Source: Octopus vulgaris (Eukaryota). From it: DNA of 64,000 nucleotides. The notes below the pieces were generated by a model, which saw only the letters and a list, made by a program, of their open reading frames with translations, was not told the origin of the DNA and searched no databases. The stretch's first letter is position 1, and each line of letters opens with the position of its first letter. Both the position numbers and the translations under genes were made by a program. Shown here piece by piece: positions 14,614-27,520 of the stretch. Location of the stretch: assembly GCA_951406725.2 (NCBI GenBank), contig OX597824.1:63674001-63738000 (forward strand), in the 5' to 3' direction.

Positions 14614-15230
14614 ATTGACACATAGGTAAATAGACAGACAGACATGCATGTATGAAGACAGACAGGCATGCAGACAGATGTACAGGCACACAGTCAGACA
14701 GACAAATAGATAGTTAGATTAACTAGATAGGACTGGTAGGTATGTAAAGTGGAAGGTACGTCGAAGTCGAAATGGAAGATAGCTTCATATGTATAGAAAT
14801 CAAATTAAATCGCAAATGGAATTCGTGAAGATATTAAAAAATATTATATGCCTATAGAGTTTATAGACTCATCAATATACAAGACAAAAACAAAATTCAG
14901 AAATTGATATATTAGTACACACTATAATTAAATTTAGATTTAGTAGCATAATCATACATATTAATATCAGAAAACATTATATTATGATGCCACCACATTT
15001 CCAACTGTGCTCACAGACAAATACATCAGCATATATTTGTATGTATGTATGTATGTATGTATGTATGTATGTATTAATATATACTTTTTTATACCGAACT
15101 GTAATAAGAATTACTAAATAGATTTTGTGTAATGTGTATCTATTATGCATTTGCAATAGATGGTTGACAGTAACTACGTTGACAATATCACATCTCTTCT
15201 GATAAAGGTATAACTCACACACACACACAC

Positions 15231-15287
<57 letters not shown>

Positions 15288-15479
15288 TGTGTATGCATGT
15301 ATTATGTATGTAAAACGTCTATTTCTCAAAACCTTCACCAGTTCGAAGAATCTTGTACAGAAAGTATTTCTACGGTAAACTTTTTACTCTAAATGTTCTT
15401 TGGTTCGCATATAGTTTAGAGGTAACAGAACAAAGAAGAATACATTAAAACTTTTCTTTCTGTCTTTGTCTCTTCTTGT

Positions 15480-15647
<168 letters not shown>

Positions 15648-15659
15648 GATATGGTGAAT

Positions 15660-16960
15660 CTACTACTTGAAAAGTAATTTAGTCTCCGAAAGAATGAAAG
15701 GCAAATTTGATCTCACAACGTAAAGATCTTGAAGCGAATACAAGTCTGCCTATTCACCCCCGTTTATGTAAAACTGATAGTGTTTGCCAGTTTCAATACA
15801 AGGCAAGGACTTTTGAGGCTGGAGGACAAATCAATTAACATTGAGTTCACTGCTTGGCTGGCACTATATTTTACAAACCCGGAAAGGATAGAAGGCCGTG
15901 TTGACCTTGGCATGATTTGGAATCGGAATGTAATGACCTGGAACAAAAACTGAAAAACTTTCTGTCATCCAACATTTTTAGCGATAAAACAAACTCTTTC
16001 TACTATAGTTAATTACATCGACCCCAACGCTTGCCTGACGCTATTTTATTGGCCCCCGAAATTATGGAAGGCAATGTCGACCTTCGTGACACTTCAACTC
16101 ACACTTTAAAGCCGGGGAAAATACAGCGATGCATTTTGTCCGGCTGCTAACGATTCTGCCTGTTCCCCGCCTAAGTTAAAATTAATTCTTCCTACACTTG
16201 GCAAAAATCAGCAATTTTAAGGGACGGTTTAATTAATTATATTTCCCCCAAAGCTCAATCTGTACATATTTTATTTGTCGTGCAAGGATGGAAGGCAATG
16301 TCGGTCTTGACGGTACTTAAACTCAGCATAAAGAGCCGTGAGAAATGCTGATAAACATTTTAACCGTCGCGGAAACGCTTCTACTAGTTCGCCACGTGAG
16401 ATGAAATTAAATAACCTTTTCAAATTTTGGAACAAGAACAGCAATTTCGGGTGAGGCGCAAGTCACTTACTCCACTACTCAACTGGTATTTATTTGATCA
16501 ACCCCGAAAGGATGAAAGGCTAAGTTGACCTCGGCGGAACTTGAACATATTTTGAAGCATTTGAAGCATCTTGCCCGGCGTACTAACGATTCTGCTAGCT
16601 CAAAGCCTGAAGGCAACAGTAAGTATTGGCTTCAAATCTTGGCGCAAGGCCAGCAACTTCGGAGGAGGAGGTAAGCGGATGTCCTGGCACAGTAAATTCA
16701 GCACTCAACTGGTACTTACTTTAGGATGAAAGGCAAAGTTGATTTCGACAGAATTTGAATGTAGACAGGCGAAATCCCACCGCTAAGCATTTTACCCAGT
16801 GTGCTAACAATTGTGCCAGCTCACGACTAAAGGCGAACTTAAATAATCCTTCCTGGCACAAGACCGGAAATTTGGGGAAGGCGATAAAACGAAAGTGATC
16901 AACTGGCACTTATTTTATCCAACCCGAAAGGATGAAAGGTTAAGTCAACATCTACGAAAT
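15660..16960 (-). repeat. Head-to-tail array of about seven diverged copies of a ~200 bp SINE-like repeat (family C)
   Basis: Recurring anchor ccgaaaggatgaaaggc..gttgacctcgg near 15690, 15885, 16060, 16285, 16510, 16725 and 16930; homologous to the single copies at 21271 and 54815. Confidence 0.75.
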
Positions 16961-17772
16961 TAAGGCAAAATGAAACAATGATAACACTAATACTATTTCT
17001 TGTCAATAATGATTTCCTTTTTCACCACAAAATCGTACCATATCCTAATAATAGTAATAGTAAAATCAAAACATATGTAAGGAATGTTGTTTCCTCAGTG
17101 AAAACACTGCCATCTCACTATGCGTAACGTCATTTTTACAGGAATGTTAAATTCCTGAGCTGTTAACTAATTTCGTGTCTTTCATTGATTAGGCATTCCG
17201 ACACATTCTTGCATGAAATCAAAACGAAAGCTACTCTCTGACTCGGTCATGTCAGTAGACAAGGCCTGGTTTGTGAGTATTGCCTGCAGGAAGAATTGCT
17301 TTGAAATGAAGGTTGCAATTGGACAAAATGAAGAAGGCGGACTTCAGAGAAATTTGATTGGTTCCTTTCCAGTTAATATCTCAGTATCTATGTGTATGTA
17401 TGTTCGAGTGTATATACGGGTGTACGTATATTATTTATCTATGTTATTTATAAAACAAATTTATTCATATATACATAATACACACGCACTCACAATACAC
17501 ACATACACACACACTCACATACACACCACACACATATACTAATATTCGTTTTTTATGTCAAGTTATATATAAAAACAATTTAACATTAAACTGAAGAATT
17601 ATTCAATACTTTTAGTAGAGTATAGTATATTAACATTTACAAAGAAAAGGTTGATAGTCAACCTTTTCCTTGCAAAATTTGACATCTATGTGTATGTTTA
17701 ACCGCATAGACACACAAACACACACTCATTCACACGCACACATATATATATCTACACATGTATACATATATA

Positions 17773-17804
<32 letters not shown>

Positions 17805-18739
17805 CATATACACACATACACATATAAATACATACGCAAACACACACACACATATGTATAGCGAGAAAATTTATTCAATACTGTAGTAGACAGTGTAAAT
17901 AAATTAACAACGCTGATCCTGTGACCCTTAAGTAAGCTTTTTCTCCCCCCGTTGCCTGTCTCTCCGACAGTCCTTGTAAATATGTAACGTTGTGTATGCT
18001 ATAACGGATATGAAGTAAAGCTAACGACATGTTCGCCTGTTGTATGAGCCACATCACAATGCGACCAGTATGCTATCAATTCAAATATTTGTTCCTGTTA
18101 ATCTAATCGATTCTAGATTATATATCTCACATATAAATATAAATCTAACATGCAGTAGATTTGAAGGGAATGCTTGGTGCAAAATCAGTTTGTATTCGTT
18201 TTTCTCAGTATCAACTCTTGACCTTTCTTAAAATGTTACTAAACAGTTTACTGAAGGTTACTGAGATACACTCACAATCCTTGAATACTCTAAGATCATA
18301 CGATATTTGTCATTGATATTCCAGCCTTACATATTTTGGTTTCGAATGTCCATGTGGTACCTGTCACCATCTTTTTTCCTTTTATTTTATCGCTTCTCAT
18401 TCTTTTTCACAGCCTCTGTTTATCTCTGTATGACTGTGCGTGTGTGTGTGTGTGTTTGTGTATGTATGTGTGTGTGTGCGCGCGTGTGCATGCGTGTGTG
18501 CGTTTTTATATACACGCACGCGCACACATACGCGTGTAAGACGATGTGAAATGCCGAAAGGGAAAAAACAAAAGTACATGTGCGAAGGTTATGGAGATAA
18601 CAGCGTTTAGGACGACAGGGATGGTGGGTGTATGTGTTTGACTATGTATATGTGAGTGTTCGTGTACGTGCGTATGTGTATGTATGTGTGTGTGTGTGTA
18701 TGTGTGTGTGTGCGTGTGTGTGTGTAAGTGTGTTAGACT

Positions 18740-19010
18740 CTCCTGTCCAAAACAACGTATGAGCGTTCAGCTTCTGCCGAACAAGCACAAATGATTTGTT
18801 TGTAGTGATCAAATGATGGCGCCATACACTAACTCACTCTCTCCATCAAATCGAAGTTGTCTAAAGACGTGCACAGTGCAACACGCCTCAGGTATCCGAG
18901 CTATCGCAGAGCAACGTGAGAAAAGTGTTTTACTCAAGATCACAATGCACCTCCGGGTCTAGGAACTGGAATCACGGTTCCTAGGTCGTGAATGCAATAC
19001 CCTAACCATA
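18740..19010 (-). mobile_element. Decayed tRNA-derived SINE (family B-related)
   Basis: Reverse complement reads ..gtatggttagggtattgcattcacgacctaggaaccgtgattccagttcctagacccgg.., similar to 24760 and 45420. Confidence 0.5.
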
Positions 19011-19218
19011 CATACGCGCGCAAACACATGTATAAATATCGATTGATTATGGTGTACAACGACATTAGTATTATTCAATAAGCAGAGTGCGTATATTCAT
19101 TTAAAAGCTGTTCTTTTCTTTTAATGGTGATCCCAAAGTTCTCATACAATTTGCAAGATGAAATCGTTTGAATAATTGCGACGTGAAACGCACGATTTGA
19201 CTTTCTTTACACATATGC

Positions 19219-19282
<64 letters not shown>

Positions 19283-20647
19283 ACACACACACTCACACAC
19301 ACACACATAAGCGTGAATGTATACGCCCACCTAGTATTTTATTGGTTTTGAGATGTTGAACTATTTGCGTATAATTTTCACAAATAGATTGCTTAGATTA
19401 TTATTAGCAAAGGCTTTATTAACAATTTTTGAGTGATTACATTTCGTCCTAATTTTGTGTAGAGTTAACGCTAATTTCATGTATATACAGTCTGTCTGCA
19501 GTGTAATTATTATCATTTTTCCTTGTGCCTAATGAAGCTGAAATTTACGTAGATTTTTTACTGCTTACATGTAATCTACAAACACTGATGTATGTATTAT
19601 CTAGAAAATGTTTATTTTAATGAGCATAATAAATTGCTTTCGACATATTATTTAGATTGCGTGTGCAGTTGTACTTGATTGCGTTCGTGCTCATGTGTAT
19701 GTGTAAATCTGAACATTGTATAACGATGGTAAGGGTTAAGTGCGTACATCTTCATATGCGTGTATATCAATATATATATACGTACATCTCAAATGTAAAA
19801 AGACAAGCCTCGTTGTACCGCTTTATCTATGCGGATACAACTCATTAGTACGTTGATCAATGAGGTTAATTCCTTAATAACTGCACAAAGCATGACCACT
19901 AAATACCAGATGAAGTATCAAATGAAATTATTGATTTTCTAAAAATAGTTCTTTCTGAAATGATGTCTATTTAATTCAGATATTCAAGTATGTGTATATA
20001 TATGTCTATATAGGAGAATTTGTTTCGGGGTATGAAAGTCCACCTGAATCTCAAAACGTAGTCATTTTAAAGTTTTCTAATAGACTTATTCAAATACCAA
20101 ACAGGTTGCGTCAATCTTTTGCTTATCGGTGTTAAGCCTATAGAAATAACGGGTTTAGAAGAGTTTAAGTTTACAAGGTAAAATTCGGAAAAAAAACATT
20201 TAAACGACCAAATTTTCAACTGTAAAAAAGAAATTGTGAAAAAACCTTCTTTCTTTCTCTCCAAATTTTTCTCTTTCTCCACTTTTTGTCAAAAAAACTC
20301 AATATGATTGTACTTTCAATTATGTATAATTGTAATGATCGTCATCGAGCATTTAAGCTTATGTTGCCGTCTATCTCTGTGAAACTGATTGAAACGTCTG
20401 TGAACATTTGAACAATTGATCATTTAAAGATGTATTTTCGAATTTCACCTAGTAACTTTAAACTCGCCTACGGTCTTTATTTATTTATCTTTATCATTGA
20501 TAGGGAAAAATTTGTCGAAACCGGTTTGGTATTCGAATAAATTTATTACAAGATTTATAAAAGACTGTAGGTCTTGAGATTCAGGTGCCTTTTCAAACCC
20601 CAAAACAAATTCCACTATATTTTTTCCTGCGTGGGATTACACTTCTC

Positions 20648-20695
<48 letters not shown>

Positions 20696-21270
20696 TGTTA
20701 TAAATCACTACATTTGTTTCGGATCATTAGTGTCAGCAGGTAATTGCAGAAAGTTACATATACTATACACATAATTGCATTCATGTGATCCAACAATATA
20801 ATGCACGTATATAATACAATGCAGTATAATGCACATGTTCAGTTGAGAAAAGTCCAAATCACTGCTAGATCATTATTATTTTCTCTCTGTTTAATACATG
20901 TAGTAATCTGGTTGCAAACAGTGATATTAAAATGCAATTATACAGATAAGAAACCATGTTCTCTGGCAAACGACTGTTTACGTAGAAACATTGTACGCAG
21001 ATGTACTATTAGTACGAGTGTACCTGCATATGCATATATAAGTGAGATGTGGGATAGTTTCAAGAATCGATGGAGAAACCACATTGTCTCATTTAGAGAC
21101 ATCTGCATTTAGGCACATCACTCACAGATCTTGTACGGGACTTCAAACGGAAAAGATACAAAACACCGCAACTTCATCAGTGATGCGAAATGCATACCCA
21201 AATAATACATGCTTTTGGGCATGTAAACTTTTCCTGGAAGAAACACTAGGCAGAGTATTATGCCATGACT

Positions 21271-21465
21271 AAAGCGGCGAGCTGGCAGAATCGATGGCAC
21301 ACCGGGGAAAATGCTTAGTCGCTTTTTGTCCGTCTTCACGTTCTGAGTTCAGATTCCACCGAGGTCGATGTTGCCGTTCATCCTTTCTATGTTGCTAAAA
21401 TTGAGTATTAGAGTAGATTTAATCGACTTGGCCTCTCCTCCGAAATTGTTAGGATTGAAACCAAT
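21271..21465 (+). mobile_element. SINE-like repeat, family C
   Basis: gcggcgagctggcagaatcg..ttctgagttcagattccaccgaggtcga..ttcatccttt. Further copies near 6262, 43480, 46600, 50090(-), 50880, 51444, 52371, 54815, 55075(-) and 58095(-). Confidence 0.75.
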
Positions 21466-22022
21466 ATTATGCAATGATAACATCCTCAATACGTACTCTG
21501 AAATCGTTCTGTCACGTAACCATAGACATAAGGGACCATTTTTAGACTTTGGAAGGAACCCATGATATGATATTTAATATCATATCAAACCTTTATTCAT
21601 TACAAAATATACTATTTAATATCTTTATTATCATTATTAGTATAATTCTATTTTTATTTACCTAAATTCCGTAATTTTATAATAATTTTGTATGTGTGTT
21701 AAGTTATTTTGTTAAAATTAAAATAAGTTTAAGATAGATCTATTTACTAAGTCCAACATATATATTTGGTTATGCAATTAATTTGGCATGTATTTACATA
21801 GAAACGTCATTATACGTGGAACGACATTTCACGATATATAGCACTATGTAGGTCGTAACCAACAAACGTAATAAGTTTACCTTTTAGAAATTATATTTCT
21901 TTTTTTTTTTAGTATTTAGATATGAGCGGATTTTGAGGCTTTTAAGTAGAGAAGCATTAAAATACATACATTGATGAGAGTGGAAATGTATGTATGTATG
22001 TATATATATGTGTGTGTGTATG

Positions 22023-22055
<33 letters not shown>

Positions 22056-22066
22056 ATGTATGAATG

Positions 22067-22141
<75 letters not shown>

Positions 22142-23016
22142 AACTTCAACTTACGATGAAAGTAAACAAAGTTTGCTTTAGAAGCGTTGAGATGTATTGA
22201 AAAATATAGATAAGCAAATAATTTATTCTCAAACGCAGAATAACGCTTATATAATAGCATGAAAAGGATAAACTATCCATATTTTGCAGAAAAATTCGTC
22301 AGCGGTCAAAGGCGGTGCTCCAGTATGGCCGCAGTCAAATGACTGAAACAAGTAAAAGAAAGAATATTAGGATTTAATAGCCTGACTTCTAAACCGGCTG
22401 CCACGAATCCAAGCGACTGTACAGCTATACAACTAAAATTAAGCCTGTAAGTTGACAGGTTTTGGTGTCCTGTCGTGCTAAGGAACTGATCCTATGCCAG
22501 TGATTTCCTTTCACGTGGAACAGTAACAGACACAAGAGATGAATAATTGTTCATCTTTCTTACGCCATTATTATCTTAGAATATTTTCTTACCTACCTAA
22601 AATGCAAATTATGTAAAAGCATTTATCCACTAAACAGCGAAATAAATTGCGGATACTATGCACAACAGTCACTATACGCATACCTTTGCTGACGTGCAAT
22701 ATAGTTTTTTGATATATATAAACACACACACACACACATATTGCGGTAGATTTGGCTTGCAGCTGTTTCCAGTAGAGATTATAGGTTCGTTACTGATATG
22801 TTTACTCGATCGGTCCACACACACATATAACATATGTATATAATATCATATATATAATCGCAGCTTCTTGCTTTTGATGTACATTATGCCGAGTACCCAA
22901 TTATTTTCACTGCTTTATACGAATCTAAAATACGCACCCGCACGCACACACTCTCATACACACATAAATGTGATGTGTACGTTTAATATTTGTGCGTCTA
23001 TGTGTGTGTGTGTTTG

Positions 23017-23079
<63 letters not shown>

Positions 23080-24759
23080 CGCACAGTATACCGATTGATA
23101 AGATCTAATGCAGAATAGATTGCATCTGAGACCATTTGACTCCGCTATTCCTTTGCAAAATAGTATCATTAGCTATATTCAAGCTACGCTCCTCTCCGCG
23201 TTCTAGCAGCCATCTTGCCTAATAAATAAGAAAATCTCTAGTGACAACAATAAAGGTATACAATAAAGGTGTAATTACGTGGCCCAGTGAGACCGTTGAT
23301 GACCTCATACTTGAGGTTCGGAGGCGATGTCTACTGCATATTGATGCTTCTTCTCATCTGCATACATCTGCATATGCACAGTTTTATCTATGTGTCTCCA
23401 TGAGCTTGCATGAGTGTATGTGTGTTTGTATGTACGTATATGTAGATGTGTGTGTGTGCGTATGTGTGTGTTTGCGCGCTTACGCACCTGTGGAGATGTC
23501 TCTTTGAAGCTGAATCTTCCAGAATCAAACTTTGCAGTTTCGACGATTCTATGTGCGTGTAAATATACGCACGCAGACACAGATACATCATATACATACA
23601 CACACATGCATACATACATACATACATACATATATACATACATACATACATACATACATACATACATACATACATTCATACATGCATATACATACATACA
23701 TTACAGACAGACAAACGGACAGACAGACAGACACACATACATATGTGCATGTGTTTTAGATGTATATGTATGTATATGTTTGTGTGTGTACATATGGGCA
23801 TATCTTTATAGTATTTGCCGTTCTGCATAAAGTGTTCTGTGTATGTATATGTGCGTATTAGTGTGTGCATGCGTTACATATATGCATGTATGTATATGTA
23901 TAAATGTGGGTAGGTAGGTAGGTAGGTAGGTAGGTAGGCAGGCGCTGTTCTTCTGTATTGTATGTTGCGACTGTCAATGTGAATAATATCCGTACTGTTT
24001 ATTAGGTTGTTGAGTGAATAACTGCTTTTACAGAATTTGCTCATATACGAAGGTTGATAAGTGGAATATACCGTATACATATTAATAACTGAAACCGTTA
24101 TACAGCATTGCAATATGCTGTTTGCTCTTTCTGTTATGTATGAATGAAATTTGAAAGCGCATACACACACTCACACATACACACACAATATAAAACTGAA
24201 GCTAAGGGATATATAAAACTTTGCTACATACAATATGTTCACGTAACAACATTCTATTTGCATTGTTTCGTAGGAATATAAAACAAACATAACTTGCTTA
24301 TGTATCATTTCAGTGAGAATTAAAGTCGACGTTTTCTAAGAAATTCTAACGTAAACTTCGTCATTTTTCATTTTCATTGGGTTTTACGGCTTGAAAGATT
24401 TTACAGATGCTAATTCGGAGCCAATGTATATCAAAATATCTTAGGTACGGTACTAAATTTGCAAGTTTTAATGTATGTTTTCATACCTACCGTAGTTACA
24501 TCAGGACCAGAATTTCTGTCGCTTTGTAATTTGTTAAAGATTCTGTTGGAATGTGCAGGTGCGAATATTGTTTAAAAGTCTACCCCTTACACAGATAAAC
24601 ACAAAATAAAATACAGGCGTTCATGCAAGCATGTAAGCATGCAATATATGCACTCTTGAAATAAGGTAGTTCTTGCTGGATATTTGTCTAATCTCAGTCA
24701 TGATCGTACTTTTATACATTGCGTGCATGAATAACCTTTATTCACAGGAACAGTCTTGT

Positions 24760-24970
24760 GGAGGCGCGTGGCTTAGTGCTTAGGGTGTCGAACTCATGAT
24801 CGTAAGGTTGTGGTTTCGATTCTTGGACTGGGCGTTGCTCCAATCCTCTCAGCTGGCAAAAATGAGTAATCCTGCGACGGACCAGCATCCCGTCCAGGTG
24901 GGGAATTTCTACGCCACTGAAACCAAGAAACTGGCCCTTATGAACCTGGCATGGCTCGAGAAGCAACAAT
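24760..24970 (+). mobile_element. tRNA-derived SINE (family B)
   Basis: ggaggcgcgtggcttagtgcttagg..ggtttcgattct (A/B boxes); 3' part shared with 45420-45665. Confidence 0.7.
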
Positions 24971-25209
24971 AACAGTTTATCTAGAATTATACTGCCGAAT
25001 ATCTTTCTTCTTTTGTCACAGTGATATTTCAGGAATTTGTTGTTCCTTTTTTGCAGGTATAGTAACAGTTTAACACTGCTACCTGGAAGAGAATACTCTG
25101 TAACTCAGTATATTCTCCAGCAGAATGCACTATTTTTAAGGCATTCTGTCTCTTTCTGAGTTGTGATTATAAGTTTCTCGTTTCCTTCCATTAGTCAGCT
25201 GATGAGTTA

Positions 25210-25880
25210 CTTTTTACTGGTGGGACAGCCATTTATTTTTTTCACAGTACAGACTAATTTGGTGGTCCCATAAGTCAAACTACTCAATCCCGTCCGTACC
25301 GAGCAGATTGGTTGCATTTTTAACAATAAAACGTTTGCTCTGCAGGTTTTACCATGAAATGTAATATCGCTCCACATTTCACTTACAAAGTGTAGATTTT
25401 TACCTCTCACGCCTCGTACAATTTTCGATATGTTTCTTAACGTAAGTTTCTAAATTCTATTCCACGTATCTGTATCAATAATCGAGGTGTCGCAACCAGT
25501 ATGTAGTTGTAACTTAATATTCACTTCGTTTACTTTTACATATACAAATTTCCTCTTTTTGGTGTCGTTTCTATTTTGCGTTGAGAAAACTTAAAATTTT
25601 TATGTTCGACCTTCCTAACGTTGCTCAGCAATGTGAGCTTTTGTGTCCTACTTTTTGGCAATTGTAACATTTCCGTGCTTTGAAAGGACAGTCCTTCTTG
25701 AAATGTAAGCTTCCACATCCGTAGAATGGGTTTGATCCTCACATTTTTTTTTTGTTCCTTCCCAGATGATATGCCTGTACTTGTGAGAAATCCTTCTCCC
25801 TTCTCTTCAATTTTTTTTTTACGTCCCATCGCAAGTTTACCAATCTTTGACGCTCCTCTGCATGGTTAAACTCTGGTCCG
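25210..25880 (-). mobile_element. Decayed Ty3/gypsy (Mag-like) gag zinc-knuckle and aspartic protease fragment
   Basis: Manual minus-strand translation gives FYGCGSLHFKKDCPFKARKCYNCQKVGHKSSHC (paired CCHC knuckles) followed by VNIKLQLHTGCDTSIIDTDTW (decayed DTG protease motif). Confidence 0.8.
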
Positions 25881-27099
25881 CTTGTTTTGTGATTCTTGCA
25901 CGTATCCCTGCGTCTTTGTTTGCCGTCAGCCCTTGTACAAAAATGAGGGGCTTAAAATGGCCAGTTTGCACAGTATATTACGACTGCCCCTGTGCGATTC
26001 CATGATATATATCTATTTATCTACCTATCTATGCGCATGCGTGCTGGTATGTGCACTTGTAGGAGTGTGTGTATTTGGATCTCATTCTGAAACAGGCAGT
26101 AACCGTTATATCTCAGCACCACTCATATTTATGGAGCCAGTTACAAACCTACATAGTTTCCTTATTTCGGGTCCCACAAACCCACCTCTATCCCATTTGT
26201 ATTAGACACTATTCTATTTAACAAAAAGGGATATCATAAATGAACACACTTGTTATCAATTCTTTTTCTTATGAATACTTACTAGTATTTATATTTAAAT
26301 GTCGAACTGACTCGAGAACGTTCTACACGTCAATGCTATTCTTATACTGCTATTCCAAATTAGCAATAATTACGCTAACTTGTAAATTCTTTAAGTCTAG
26401 CAAGATGCTTCTGTGAAAGACCCTTTAAATAAACGCACATACACCTCACCACGCCTCACACTGACGCACATGTACCTACGCAAACACACACATACACATT
26501 CAAACACACCCACACCCACACAGGAATATTTTACATTAAACCTATTTTTCAATATACTTAAGAGTGAAATGATAATGGTGGTGTCTTTTCTATGAAAAGA
26601 TCTTCTGTCTAACGTAACTGTCATTACATTTCATCTTGCTCAGACCGGTCAAATATCGACAGAAAATATATAGAATATTATCTTTTACGCTAATTATTCT
26701 TTATTTCGCCACTTTAACCTATATGAACTTTTAAAGTCTGACATATGATGATATATTCATATCACTTCCTGCTTCTTTTCAATTCAATTTACCAATCTTT
26801 TCTTAATCTCAATAGTGTCCTATTGCATTTTCTTTACCAGCAAACTTTCGATTTGTCAACCTGAATGGATAATAGAAAATACTATGTACTCGTTAATCTC
26901 CTTTTGTTGTTGTTATTGTAGTTGTTGTAGCTGTTGTCGACGTCGTCGTCGTCGTTGTTGCTGTTGTTTTAGTCGTTGTTGTTGTTTTTGTCTTAGGAAA
27001 TTTCTGTGACCGGAGAAATGCTTGCAGCAATTTTTCCCTCAAGTGAAAAGATATAACAGAGATTTGTGCATATGTGTGTGCGTGACTGTGCTTGTATGA

Positions 27100-27187
<88 letters not shown>

Positions 27188-27199
27188 TATATATATATA

Positions 27200-27243
<44 letters not shown>

Positions 27244-27309
27244 GGTCCCGGGTTGATTCGGGGTTAACCACAGTAAATAAGGTACTCAATACATAGCAGA
27301 GTAAAATTA

Positions 27310-27412
27310 ATTTATTATATAGAAGGAGCTTCTACAGGACTAGAACTGTTTCATTCATTTCTCTTGAATGAAACAGTTCTAGTCCTGTAGAAGCTCCTTC
27401 TATATAATAAAT
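27310..27412. repeat. Perfect 48-bp inverted repeat with 7-nt spacer
   Basis: 27310-27357 is the exact reverse complement of 27365-27412. Confidence 0.95.
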
Positions 27413-27416
27413 ATAT

Positions 27417-27520
<104 letters not shown>

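Noticed and set aside
15660-16960. CRISPR-like repeat-spacer array
   Set aside because: Units are ~200 bp diverged SINE copies in a eukaryotic context, with no short identical repeats or cas genes.
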